Shown here: positions 54,429-64,000 of the stretch, piece by piece
Layout of the letters: each line of letters begins with the position of its first letter
How positions within the stretch are numbered: position 1 is the first letter of the stretch
DNA from: Azolla caroliniana
Taxonomy: Eukaryota > Plantae > Polypodiophyta
DNA length: 64,000 bases
NCBI GenBank assembly: GCA_043228905.1
Contig: JBHGNT010000021.1
Coordinates: forward strand, 4,402,001 to 4,466,000
Reading direction: 5' to 3'
The notes under the pieces: model-generated
The model's input: the letters and a program-made list of their open reading frames with translations, nothing else
What the model was told of the DNA's origin: nothing
Database searches by the model: none
Position numbers and translations under genes: made by a program

Positions 54429-56033
54429 ATGATCATGGATGGACATGTCACATGTGCAACTAATTGTACCAAAGATGTGGATAATTTGCCCCAAAATCCC
54501 TTTAAGCTACCTAACCCTAGTTGGCAACCTCCTACTAAGTACACTCCCCTAGAAAACATTATATCTAAACACCAAACTATCTTTAGGGACACACTTCATA
54601 CACTCAAATTAAAACCCACTAGGATTGCACCTCACTTATCACTAGCCTTACAATCTCTTAAGAAAAACAACAAAATCATAATCCTACCTGCTGACAAGAA
54701 TGTTGGAGTGTGTGTTCTTGATAAGGACACGTACTATAACAAAGCTATAGAACACCTTTCTGATACTAATACATATAAAAAAGTCTCCCACTATCCACCT
54801 GAGGAATTATCCTATAGATTGAAAAGCATTGTTAATAACCATCTTGGTACCCTATCCAACATAGAAGCCAACTACATACTACATAAACCCTCAAAATGGT
54901 ACCAAGTATGCAATATCTATTTCCTCCCAAAACTCCATAAAAACCCAATAGGTTTTAGACCTATTTGCTCATACAATAACTCCCTTTTTGAACAAACATC
55001 AAAATGGCTTCACCACCAACTCATGCCTATCCTTCTCCTTCAAAAGCAATATTTGAAAGACTCACATTCCCTTGTCCAGACTTTAGAACATCTCAACCCA
55101 CCCCTTAATAGCTTTATCTTCACCTTTGATGTTGAATCTTTATATCCCAACATACCCCCTAGGTTAGGACTCCAAGCTTTACGAAAAATGATTACCCCAC
55201 ATTTTTCATCTTCTAAAACTAACCTTATCTATACACTTAGCGCACTCACGTTAGAATATCACTTTCTATCCTTTGATGACATGATCTATCAACAAGTCAA
55301 GGGTATAGCCATGGGTAGTAATTTTTCTGTAGTTTATGCATGCCTATTCTTAGCTCACTTAGAGAACTCCCAACCATCACACCCTAATCTTTTTTATTTC
55401 ACTAGATATATAGATGATGCATTCGGGATATGGACAGGTACTAAACCCGAATTAGAAAATTACCTCCAGTTCTATAACACCTCCACTAATAATTGCATCA
55501 AAATTACCATCACCACTTCTCCCTTTAGATTACTATTCTTAGATTTATGGATTAACCTAAAGAATTCACATTTCTCCTTTAATTGCTACCAAAAGCCCCA
55601 AAATGCCTATCAGTATCTCTCATTCTCGTCAGTTCACCCCCTTCACTTAAAACGTCATTTTATTATTAATGAACTAAAACGATACCTAATTAGAGAAAGT
55701 ACCCCCTTAGGTTTCCTTCGAATGAAAAAACTATTTTTTAGTAGATTAGTTAAGAGAGGATATCCCCTTTCTTTTATATTAGAGAATTATAAAAAGGTCC
55801 CATTTAGCGCTAGGAAATCACTAGTATTTAGTAGAAAACCTAAAAGTACCCTTATACCTATCATCCTCAAACTTAGGTATACAAAATATACCCCTAGATT
55901 AGGAATTCACAACATGCTAGAAAACCTCCACGCAGATTTAGCCACACATCCCCAACTATCCGAACTACCGCGACCCTTCATATGTTGGACTAAGTCTAAG
56001 TCCTTCTTGTCAAAACTAAATATAAATCCATAA
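54429..56033 (+). CDS. Penelope-like reverse transcriptase ORF, 534 aa (the first ~13 codons come from duplicated host DNA)
   Basis: PADKNVG, FLPKLHK, RPICS, FDVESLYPNIP, GIAMGS, RYIDD, FLDL, YQKP...YL...SVHP, ELKRY, RGYP; no internal stops. Confidence 0.9.
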   Translation: MIMDGHVTCATNCTKDVDNLPQNPFKLPNPSWQPPTKYTPLENIISKHQTIFRDTLHTLKLKPTRIAPHLSLALQSLKKNNKIIILPADKNVGVCVLDKDTYYNKAIEHLSDTNTYKKVSHYPPEELSYRLKSIVNNHLGTLSNIEANYILHKPSKWYQVCNIYFLPKLHKNPIGFRPICSYNNSLFEQTSKWLHHQLMPILLLQKQYLKDSHSLVQTLEHLNPPLNSFIFTFDVESLYPNIPPRLGLQALRKMITPHFSSSKTNLIYTLSALTLEYHFLSFDDMIYQQVKGIAMGSNFSVVYACLFLAHLENSQPSHPNLFYFTRYIDDAFGIWTGTKPELENYLQFYNTSTNNCIKITITTSPFRLLFLDLWINLKNSHFSFNCYQKPQNAYQYLSFSSVHPLHLKRHFIINELKRYLIRESTPLGFLRMKKLFFSRLVKRGYPLSFILENYKKVPFSARKSLVFSRKPKSTLIPIILKLRYTKYTPRLGIHNMLENLHADLATHPQLSELPRPFICWTKSKSFLSKLNINP

Positions 56034-56227
56034 ATACTCCCACTTAATACTATATGCCTTTTATATCCCACCCCAATAATCCCCCTCTTCTTATATCTCA
56101 CCCCCACCCCCACCCCCACCTATCACTTATCATATACATACATATAACCCCCCTCTAACCCACTTTCACTAACCAATCCTTTACCTATCACAATTCCCCG
56201 TTTCCCTCTCTCCCATCATTAAACTCC

Positions 56228-56276
<49 letters not shown>

Positions 56277-56579
56277 CCCTATATAAACCTACCCTCTTGT
56301 TGTAAATGACCTTGGCACTGATGAGCTCTACCTAGAGCGAAACTAGTTTGCACAAGGTCTTTCTAATGAAAATTTCTTAAGCTTTTCTTTTTTCTCACTC
56401 ACTCTTCTCTTCTTCTTTCATCTCATTCTCTCATTCTCTTTTACCCTTGTTCACCTCTAATCCTACTCACCTTAGTTTCACTTGCATCATTGCTTTATTT
56501 CTTTTCTTACTCTTCCCATATCATCTCAATAGTTGTGCTAGTTCGCTCGCACTACTTGTCACGACGCTACGGTCATAGC
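54469..56579 (+). mobile_element. 5'-truncated Penelope-like retroelement (PLE): RT + thumb, no C-terminal GIY-YIG, 3' region with hammerhead ribozyme
   Basis: PLE RT motifs, a hammerhead motif, and a G-poor coding strand; boundaries are set by the flanking duplication. Confidence 0.9.
56308..56359 (+). ncRNA. Type I hammerhead ribozyme (minimal stem III)
   Basis: GACCTTG-GCA [CTGATGA] GCTCTA-CC-TAGAGC [GAAA] C-TA-G TT / TGC-A-CAAGGTC. Stems I and II pair fully apart from one bulge; the core boxes are intact; predicted cleavage after GUU at 56348. Confidence 0.9.
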
Positions 56580-57009
56580 AAAAAATGAGGCACATGTTGA
56601 GGTTACATGTATTCCCATGTTAGACGCTAATGTAGAAAGTTCTCAAAGTGGTTTCATGGTGGGGTTGGTAGCTTATCCGTTGATCTTTGTTTTTTATTTC
56701 CCCTACAATAGTTAGCAAGATAGGGATGTAGTTAGGTAGGGTTGCAATGGCAATATCTAGAATGTGGTTAGGATGCCAAGGTGATCGATAAAAGCAATGG
56801 TAAGTGACAAACGCCTAGATTAGTGATGAGTCACAAACTAACTATTTTGGTGTTGATAATTATTAATTAGCTATCCTGGTGCCTACTAATGATCATGGAT
56901 GGACATGTCACATGTGCAACTAATTGTAGTTGTGGGTAGTACTACCTATTGTGTTGAGGAATAACTAATGTGTGGAGTGTACGTATTGTCGTTGTGATTT
57001 ATGGATTGT

Positions 57010-57250
57010 GCTGACTCAAGTTACCTTAGCCTATTCTTGTTGATACTTTGTGGATTGTCACGTGGAGTGCTATCTATCGTGTTGGCGACTTAAGTCATTA
57101 TGAGTGCTCATGGTGACTTTATATTTAGACATCATTTCTTATCGTGGCGACTTAAGTCACTAGGTGTTAACATGATGACTTAAGTCACCTTTTTATTATT
57201 ATCTAGGTTACTTTAGTTCCCTTGTTTTATCATGTTGACTCAAGTCACTA
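57010..57250. repeat. Cluster of palindromic GTGACTTAAGTCAC-like motifs
   Basis: About 6 degenerate copies, e.g. GCGACTTAAGTCAC, ATGACTTAAGTCAC, TTGACTCAAGTCAC. Confidence 0.7.
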
Positions 57251-57546
57251 TGTCTTATCGTGTTTAAGTACTCTCCGTATGTAACATGATTCATGAAGAC
57301 ATCGACATCAAAGTAGGTACCAACCTTAATGAAACACTAGAGAAAAAGGGAATAGAACAAAAACTTCATCCAAAGGGCAACCCCAATGTGAAAGAGGCCA
57401 AACCTCATCGTCAACTATAAAAGTCACTTTCGGTGACTTTTGTAGCTCCTCTTTTCCTTTTGAGTTTTTCTCTCCTAGTATAACCAAAGCTTGACCTCTT
57501 AATCACTCTTCCTTTTCTATGTGTCTTGGGAACTCTTATATTAATC

Positions 57547-57894
57547 GAGATAGGGTCGACATTAACACCTATATTGTTTAGTATTACTTATTGCGATAAT
57601 ATGCTTTGTTTTTCTCGTTTGATTTATTATGTTATACTATATTTTTATAAAGCTAATATTTCATAGATCGGTGACTACTTGGTACAAGTACCTTTTCTAT
57701 GGCCTCAGACTTACACATGAGATAGGGTCGACATTAACACATATATTGTTTAGTATTACTTATTAGGATAATATGCTTTGTTTTTCTCGTTTGATTTACT
57801 ATGTTATACTATATTTTTATAAAGCTAATATTTCATAGATTGGTGACTACTTGGTACAAGTACCTTTTCTGTGGCCTCAGACTTACACATGAGA
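57547..57894. repeat. Tandem duplication, 2 x 172 bp
   Basis: GAGATAGGGTCGACATTAACAC... at 57547 and 57719, with GAGA microhomology. Confidence 0.93.
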
Positions 57895-58649
57895 CAATGT
57901 ATTTTGTGATTTCACCATGTCTGCATACATATCATATCTTATATGCTAAGTCCATTTTGAGAAAACAAATGCATGTATAAATTAATTGTGAGAGTACAAT
58001 TGGATTTGAATGGTACTCAATTATAAGTATAAAAGTTAACTCCTCAAATATGAGTGTAATGGGGATTGTTGATTCTACACGTACATCTATTTTTTGTGAT
58101 TACTTTTATTCGATATATAAAGAACCTAAATTAATACTAATGTCTTTCTATACACATGGGTGCACCTAGTTCATTAATAAGTGCAGACCTTACATGTATG
58201 CATTATACAACTATTTTAGTATCAAGGACACTAGTTTTGTACTTTGGTTGCCAGAACTAAAGCGCATTCCATACAATCAATTATTAAAGTTTTTGTACTT
58301 AGTTAATGTCATACAATGGTGCGTAGTTGGGAAACTCATTCTATTAATAGTAACCCTAACTTTATTTTGTATTTAGTTGCTTTAGTTTTGATGTAGAACC
58401 AAGTTTATTCTAGACTCTGGTGTTAGTTGGCATAGTACTAAAGTTGTTAACTTAACTATATTTTTTCTTATTCAAGTGGTTTTGTATTGATGTACAACCA
58501 AGTTCATTATGCATTCAAGTGTGCGTTTGGTTTAGTACTAATTCCGTTCCTTAAACTATAATTCATCTTCTATTCATGTGCGTTAGTACAAATGACCTAG
58601 TTGGCATCGGCGAATTCTAACAATTCTGTGCTCCGCGAGCGTTTGCTTT

Positions 58650-58870
58650 GAGCCTTCAACAAGAACATTTCTTCAACAAGCGCGAGTTTTTGACAAGCGC
58701 GTTTCTTCGACAAGAGCTAGTCTTCGACATACGTGTTTCTTTGACAAGAGCGTGCCTTCCACTACTTTGTGAGGCTTCAACTAGAGTGAGCCTCCGACTA
58801 GTTCAATCTTTCGACTATTGAAACCCTTCAACTAGTTCAATCTTTCGACAAGCACGAGTCTTCGACTTAC
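58650..58870. repeat. Degenerate short-period array (CTTCGACAAGCGCG-like units), probably TE-derived
   Basis: About 10 TTC(G/A)AC(A/T)AG-centred units spaced roughly 16-20 bp apart. Confidence 0.6.
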
Positions 58871-59049
58871 TCCCATTTGACTCCTCCATCCTTTCGGTTC
58901 CCTAGTCCAAGAACCCAATAGTTCCGCTCAAGTAGCACACACACATGCATTTATGTGACAACGAGGTTAGACATTGTATTTACAAGTGATTAATAATATG
59001 TAGTATCATTGGTCCATCAAATCTCGTTGGTGACTATCATTTATGACTG

Positions 59050-59279
59050 GACAAGAATGGAAAAACAGAACTCTGATCATGTATGATGGAAAACCTTAAA
59101 ATGTAGTTGGCATTCTAAGTTGCCACTTGTAGTAAAGGTCTTGATTTGGAGAGTTTTGATTGAGGTTTTGCCTTTGGGATTAGTTGTGAAGCTATGTGGA
59201 CTAGCAACAAGAAATGATTTCCTTTCCACAGTTCAAATGGGAGATAGTACTCATTGTTTCATACAATGTCTAAATTCTT
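59050..59279 (+). mobile_element. LINE 3' fragment of the same family as 35007-37183
   Basis: ATGTAGTTGGCATTCTAA-TTGCCACTTGTAG... matches about 36573-36740. Confidence 0.8.
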
Positions 59280-61291
59280 TGTAAAGAATCGATGGTGATT
59301 CTTGTGCATCGGAATAGATGTGCGTTATGTGCGTATATGTGTGAGAAAAAGAGAGGAGAGAAAAGGGAACTCAAGATAGATAAATGAGAGGAAAATAGAA
59401 TACTCAAGAAGAAGGTGTATATTTCACAAGTAGAATAAGATTTACAAAATATAGCATAACAAGGAGTCACAACCGACTTAGTATGAAGTGTGAGGAGGGT
59501 GCTTTATATATAGTCACCCTCTCTCTTCATTAACTAACTACAACAACCACTCTCTCTCTTGGGGAATGTGAAGACTCATAGTCATGGGGAATATGTAACT
59601 CATTAGTTATGTGTCATAGAATCATATTCTATGACACATAGTTAATGTGTAGAGAGTAGTGGTGTGACTCTTGACCTTTGAGTAATTATAGATTCTCAAA
59701 AGGTGTGTTCACACGTTGCATTATGTTGAGCTTGATTCTCAACACGCCCTCTCAAGCTCAACTCGGTTCGGTTCCTTTTGATTGATGTCCGCTTCGGAAG
59801 ATCTCCGGTGTCCGCTTCGGCTCGTACCCGGTTCGAACGATATCCAGTTCTTGCTTGTACTCCCCCTCAAGCTTGGCAAGTCAGGGATCGTCAATCCAAG
59901 GTCTGACATGAATTGCCGAAGCTTGTCGGCTCCTAGGGCCTTGGTGAAGATGTCAGCTGTCTGAAGATTCGTGTTGATGCGTAGAAGATTGACATCTTCG
60001 GCCTGAACACGCTCTCGAATGAAGTGGTAGTGCACTTCGATATTCTTTGTGAGTGCATGGAACACCGGGTTCCGAGCCAGATATATACTACTCATGTTGT
60101 TGTAGTAAATGGGAGTCGAATCCTTGATGGGAATGCCTAGATCCTTCAAAATCCTCTTGAGCCATACAACTTCACATGCACTTACGACTACGGCCCTATA
60201 TTCGGTCTCTGTACTCGAAAGTGCGACGGTAGACTGCTTCTTACTACTCCAAGATATTGCTCCGCTACCGAGCGAGAAGACAAATACGAAGGTCAATCGT
60301 CGATCCGCTCTATAGCCGGCCCAGTCGGCATTCGTGTACCCTTCGAGTCGAATTGGTGTGGCCGATGCGTAGAGGATGCCGTAATTCATTGTGCCGCTCA
60401 CGTATCGTAATACTCGCTTAGCACAATTGAAATGGATATCTCACGGAGTTTGCATGAATTTTCTAAGGAGGCCGATCGGATAGTGATCGTGAGATAAATG
60501 AGGCTCCCAACCAGTTTTCGATATTGAGTCGGCTCGCACTCGTCTATGCCGGAGTCAGCATCTAGTTTGAGGTTTCGATCGAGAGGGGTTGCCATCCCGA
60601 ACTTGTATAGCAAGTTGAGGATGTAGTGCCGTTGAGAGATCATAATGCCGGTTGGAATCCGAATTACTTCGATTCCAAGGAAGTAATGAAGTTCCTTCAT
60701 GTACGTTATCTCAAATTTGTTAGAGAGGAGGGAATTGACCTTGTTGATATTGACTAAATGCTCAACTCCAATAACCAGATCATCCACGTATAGGATGATA
60801 ACAATCGAGCTTCTAGAGTCATTTCGTATGTGGAGGGAGTTGCTAGATTTCGACATTTGAAAGCCGATTTGATGAAGATATTGCGTAATCTTCGAATGCC
60901 AAGCACGCGGTGCTTGTTTGAGGCCATAGAGTGGCTTCTTGAGTCAGCACATGGCTTTCGGATGAGTACGCAATTTGAAGCTGGGTGGTTGTGCCATGTA
61001 TACCTCCTCTTCTAATTCGCCTTGAAGAAAGGTGTTCTTTACATCCATCTGATGGAGGTGCCACCCTTTCGCCGCAACGAGTGCAATTACGGTCCGCACA
61101 ATCGTCATCTTTGCCACTGTTGCCACCTTCATCATAAAGGCATAATGGTATGCCATATAATTGTTGTAGCCGAATCGGCTTATGGGGTTCTTTTCAAGGG
61201 TGGATCGGCGGAGCTTCTCGTTTGCGGATACTAAGGCTTTCTTTGCTCCATTTGTCTGGATGTCAAGGCCTTCAAACTCACTATCGAGGGA
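59280..61291 (-). mobile_element. Copia (related to family A), 3' part: LTR 59280-59744, RNase H and RT with an internal deletion; cut by a Gypsy
   Basis: The LTR starts TGTTGAGAATCAAGCTCAAC on the minus strand; pol is colinear with 19860-21590; MMKVATV|AKMT junction deletes about 260 bp. Confidence 0.92.
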
Positions 61292-64000
61292 TGTTACCGG
61301 CCGGCAAGGAGTCCAAAATACGGAGTGAAGGAATTAATTAAATATGGTTGTAAATGAGCATAGTGTGGACGGAAGGACTGGAAACGGTATGCCGTTCCAG
61401 ATCCGGACGGATCCCGAATAGGTGCGATAGGCACCGTTTTGTACTACGGGCCAGAAACCTATTTAAAGGCCCGGACCCCATTGTAATGGCAGCGGATAAT
61501 TAATAGAGCATATGGTGTTTATACTTCTGTGTTGATTTCCGTTCTGTAATTACTGTTATATCTTACGCGTGTAATTAACCAAAGCACTCTAATCGTGTAA
61601 CCTACGTAAGTCGGTGTAATCGTTGAATCTTAATCCTATGCCGTAATCACCCTTTGGTGAAGTGTCTCCGTGACACCTTGTGTTAGGCCTTGTCCGGCTA
61701 GCGAATAACACAGTTTTGGCGACCACGATTCCTGCTTTCTCGCAGCGAACGACGGTAATGGATGACTAGACCAACGCACGACTTGGTTACAGACCGAGCT
61801 CGACGCCTCGCCGAACGGCAAAGACGGCGTGAGACTTTCCAGCAAGCAGCGCACGAAATTCGCTCGGATCGTTCGTTCTCCAACGAGATCCGGAGAGTCG
61901 CGGAGGAATCTCTTCGGTTACGGCAAACTCGCGACCAGGACGACGGAAGCAGTCTAAGTAGTCTCCGGGAAACCGAACGCCTCCTGGAGGCGCTGGCAAG
62001 CGGAGAAAACGAGGCAGAAGCCTTTTCAGCCTACGAATCGGATTCCGAAGGGGGATACAACGTGCACACGAACTACCGGAGCAGCAACGATACCCCCGGC
62101 GGCCCGGAGGACGACGGGTCGGATACCGTGCCGACTCCAGAACCGGAACCGCTCGACCAGGGCTATCCGGAACCGCAAACGGAAGCCGTCAACCCACCAA
62201 CACCGGAAGTGGAAGAAGCAAAGCCACCAACACCAACGAAAGAGCCGGCGAAGGTACCGGAAGACGAGCCGGTGAAAGAACCGGAAAAAGAACCGGAAGA
62301 GGAACCGGAAAAAGCACCGGCAAAACAACCGGAAGTGGAACCGGAGAGAAAACCGGAAAGATATCAGCAAACGCCACTAAACCGCGGCCTAATTCTGGAC
62401 GACGACATGCCGTTCCAATACTCAAAGTATCGCGATGATCCGGACGCGGAAGCGCATGTTCATGCCTTCGAGCAGACATGGGAAGCAAATCACACGTCCC
62501 AGCGAATGACACCGGAGGAAGAAGAACGCTCGAAGATAGCAGAATTCGGGGTCACGTTAGAAGGACCAGCGACACGATGGCGGCGGACGCAAGACCCGAC
62601 GACCATCACAACCTTTGCAGAATTAAAAGCAAAATTCTTGCATTTTTTCCACAAGGAGGTCGACCAGACGACAATGGTGGGCCTGTTTTATACGATCCGA
62701 CAGGAGGCAGGGGAAAGCATTCCCCAATTCGTCATCCGTTTCCAACGAATGCATAGCCAGCTTACCCGTGCACCCCCGGAGGAGGAATTACGGACGATAT
62801 TTTTAAACGCACTCCGGGAACCGTTACGCACGGTGTGTACGGTAATCGACTTTCGAGGAAGCACCATTGACCAGGTCATTGACCGGGTCAGGGAAATGGA
62901 AAAGTCAAGCTCATGGCTTACACTGGGAACACTGCAACGGGCGTTACCCACCGAGGAAGATCTCCGGTTCCGGCAGGCGATTCAATGCACAATCTGCTTG
63001 AATGCCGGACACTCGGCAGTGGAGTGCACCATGCGAACCCAGTGTGTGATTTGCCAATCCAAGAGTCATACAACGGACCGGTGCGAGTATAACCTGCTAA
63101 ACCGACAAGCACCACCCGTCCGACGGATCGAGCCAAGAAGCAGCCGAGACGAAGATGAAGATCGTTGGCAAAAAATGAACCGGTACCGACCGACACAGGA
63201 TGTCCGGTACGGAGACAGACAAGAGAATGATGGCCGGTACGGGAATCGGCATGATAACTACGACCGGTATGAGCGATCAGACCGCTATCGGGAGTCCAAC
63301 AGACGACACGAGCAATACGACAGAGACCATTCCCCTGGTTACTGAAGGCACCAGGAGGACTACGGCCGATTTTACGATCCACCACGACCGGACTACCGAA
63401 ATAAAAATAAGAATAATAAGAAACGGAATTTCAAGAAAGGTGGTCACACTAGGGACCCGGAACATGGAACCCCAAGGAGCCAACCGGCACAGAACGCACC
63501 ACTCACTACGGGACCGACTCCGGCTACCAGCAATGCTGAATCCAGCAATACCCGTAAAGAGTACTGCTACTACTGCAGGCAGGAAGGCCACTACAGTAAC
63601 CAGTGCCCGGTAAAGAGCTACGAGAAACGACCAGCAGTTAATATGGTGGTTCCGGAAGTGGCGGATATACAGCAAGTAACCACACGGTCGAAAGGCATGG
63701 CCAAAGAGTGGGGAACACAAGAGGCCATACGAAAACAGGCGACGGAATGGGTGAAGGAAGCCAATGAAAGGAACATCGCGGACGCGGAACGGCAAAAGGC
63801 GAATACCATAGGGAGTGCCGGCGCTGGCCACGCAGAAAACGAGACATGGCAAGCACTGCAAGAATGTCAGATCACGTTGCCATTAGGAAGACTCTTGCAG
63901 CTCGTGCCGCGATTTACGGAAGGACTAAAAACGGGCATGACAGACGGTATAGCCCCACCGGCACCAGTCCTCTTCTCGAACCCGGAGGAGGGACCGACGG
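61292..64000 (+). mobile_element. Ty3/Gypsy element, 5' part: LTR 61292-61710, PBS, gag; runs off the window
   Basis: TGTTA...TAACA LTR with a TATTTAAA box; PBS TGGCGACCACGA (consistent with a tRNA-Arg 3' end); retrotransposon gag domain. Confidence 0.88.
61762..64000 (+). pseudogene. Gypsy gag(-pol) with a premature TGA at 63343-63345; three CCHC knuckles
   Basis: IRQEAGESIPQFVIRF, CTICLNAGHSAVEC, CVICQSKSHTTDRC. The frame stays open after the TGA, through CYYCRQEGHYSNQC, to the window end. Confidence 0.82.

Larger units (their letters stand above)
54120..56928. repeat. 349-bp direct repeats (54120-54468 and 56580-56928) flanking the Penelope-like insert
   Basis: Colinear copies at an offset of 2460 bp, with 5 transitions. 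Confidence 0.95.

Noticed and set aside
54120-54468. 349-bp direct repeats as LTRs or PLE pseudo-LTRs
   Set aside because: There are no TG...CA ends, PBS or PPT, the repeat lacks the hammerhead, and it is continuous with the neighbouring decayed Copia RNase H, so it is host DNA.
57010-58870. CRISPR-like repeat-spacer arrays
   Set aside because: The repeats are short and degenerate, spacing is irregular, there are no cas genes, and the context is eukaryotic.
63343-63345. Programmed stop read-through in Gypsy gag
   Set aside because: TGA in an Arg-rich, CpG-rich tract is most simply a CGA->TGA deamination. It lies within gag, before the third zinc knuckle.

Overview
Eukaryotic, land-plant nuclear DNA. 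A seedless vascular plant such as a fern is my inference from gene and TE style; it is not proven. The window holds five host genes: (1) an intronless MLKL-like four-helix-bundle/pseudokinase fused to a second, RLK/Pelle-derived dead kinase domain (1099-3633, -); (2) a small uncharacterised, probably plastid-targeted protein (8834-10404, -); (3) an RMD5/GID2-like CTLH E3 subunit (40044-41216, +); (4) an FBS/At4g35930-like F-box gene that appears C-terminally truncated (43550-44814, -); (5) a five-exon cytokinin oxidase/dehydrogenase (46786-50328, -). Between them lie nested retroelements: an L1-type LINE containing a Copia; a short-LTR Gypsy containing a solo LTR and a Copia shell whose body has been replaced by a different Copia; further LINE remnants; and a Copia interrupted by a Gypsy at the window end. 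Highlights: a Penelope-like retroelement with an uninterrupted RT, no C-terminal GIY-YIG domain, a 3' type I hammerhead ribozyme and a 349-bp host duplication around it; the MLKL-tandem pseudokinase as a candidate single-chain immune sensor-executor; a tandem duplication with telomeric filler that creates a stop-containing mini-exon; and a conserved hairpin enclosing the Copia PPT. All calls were made by eye, with no database searches.
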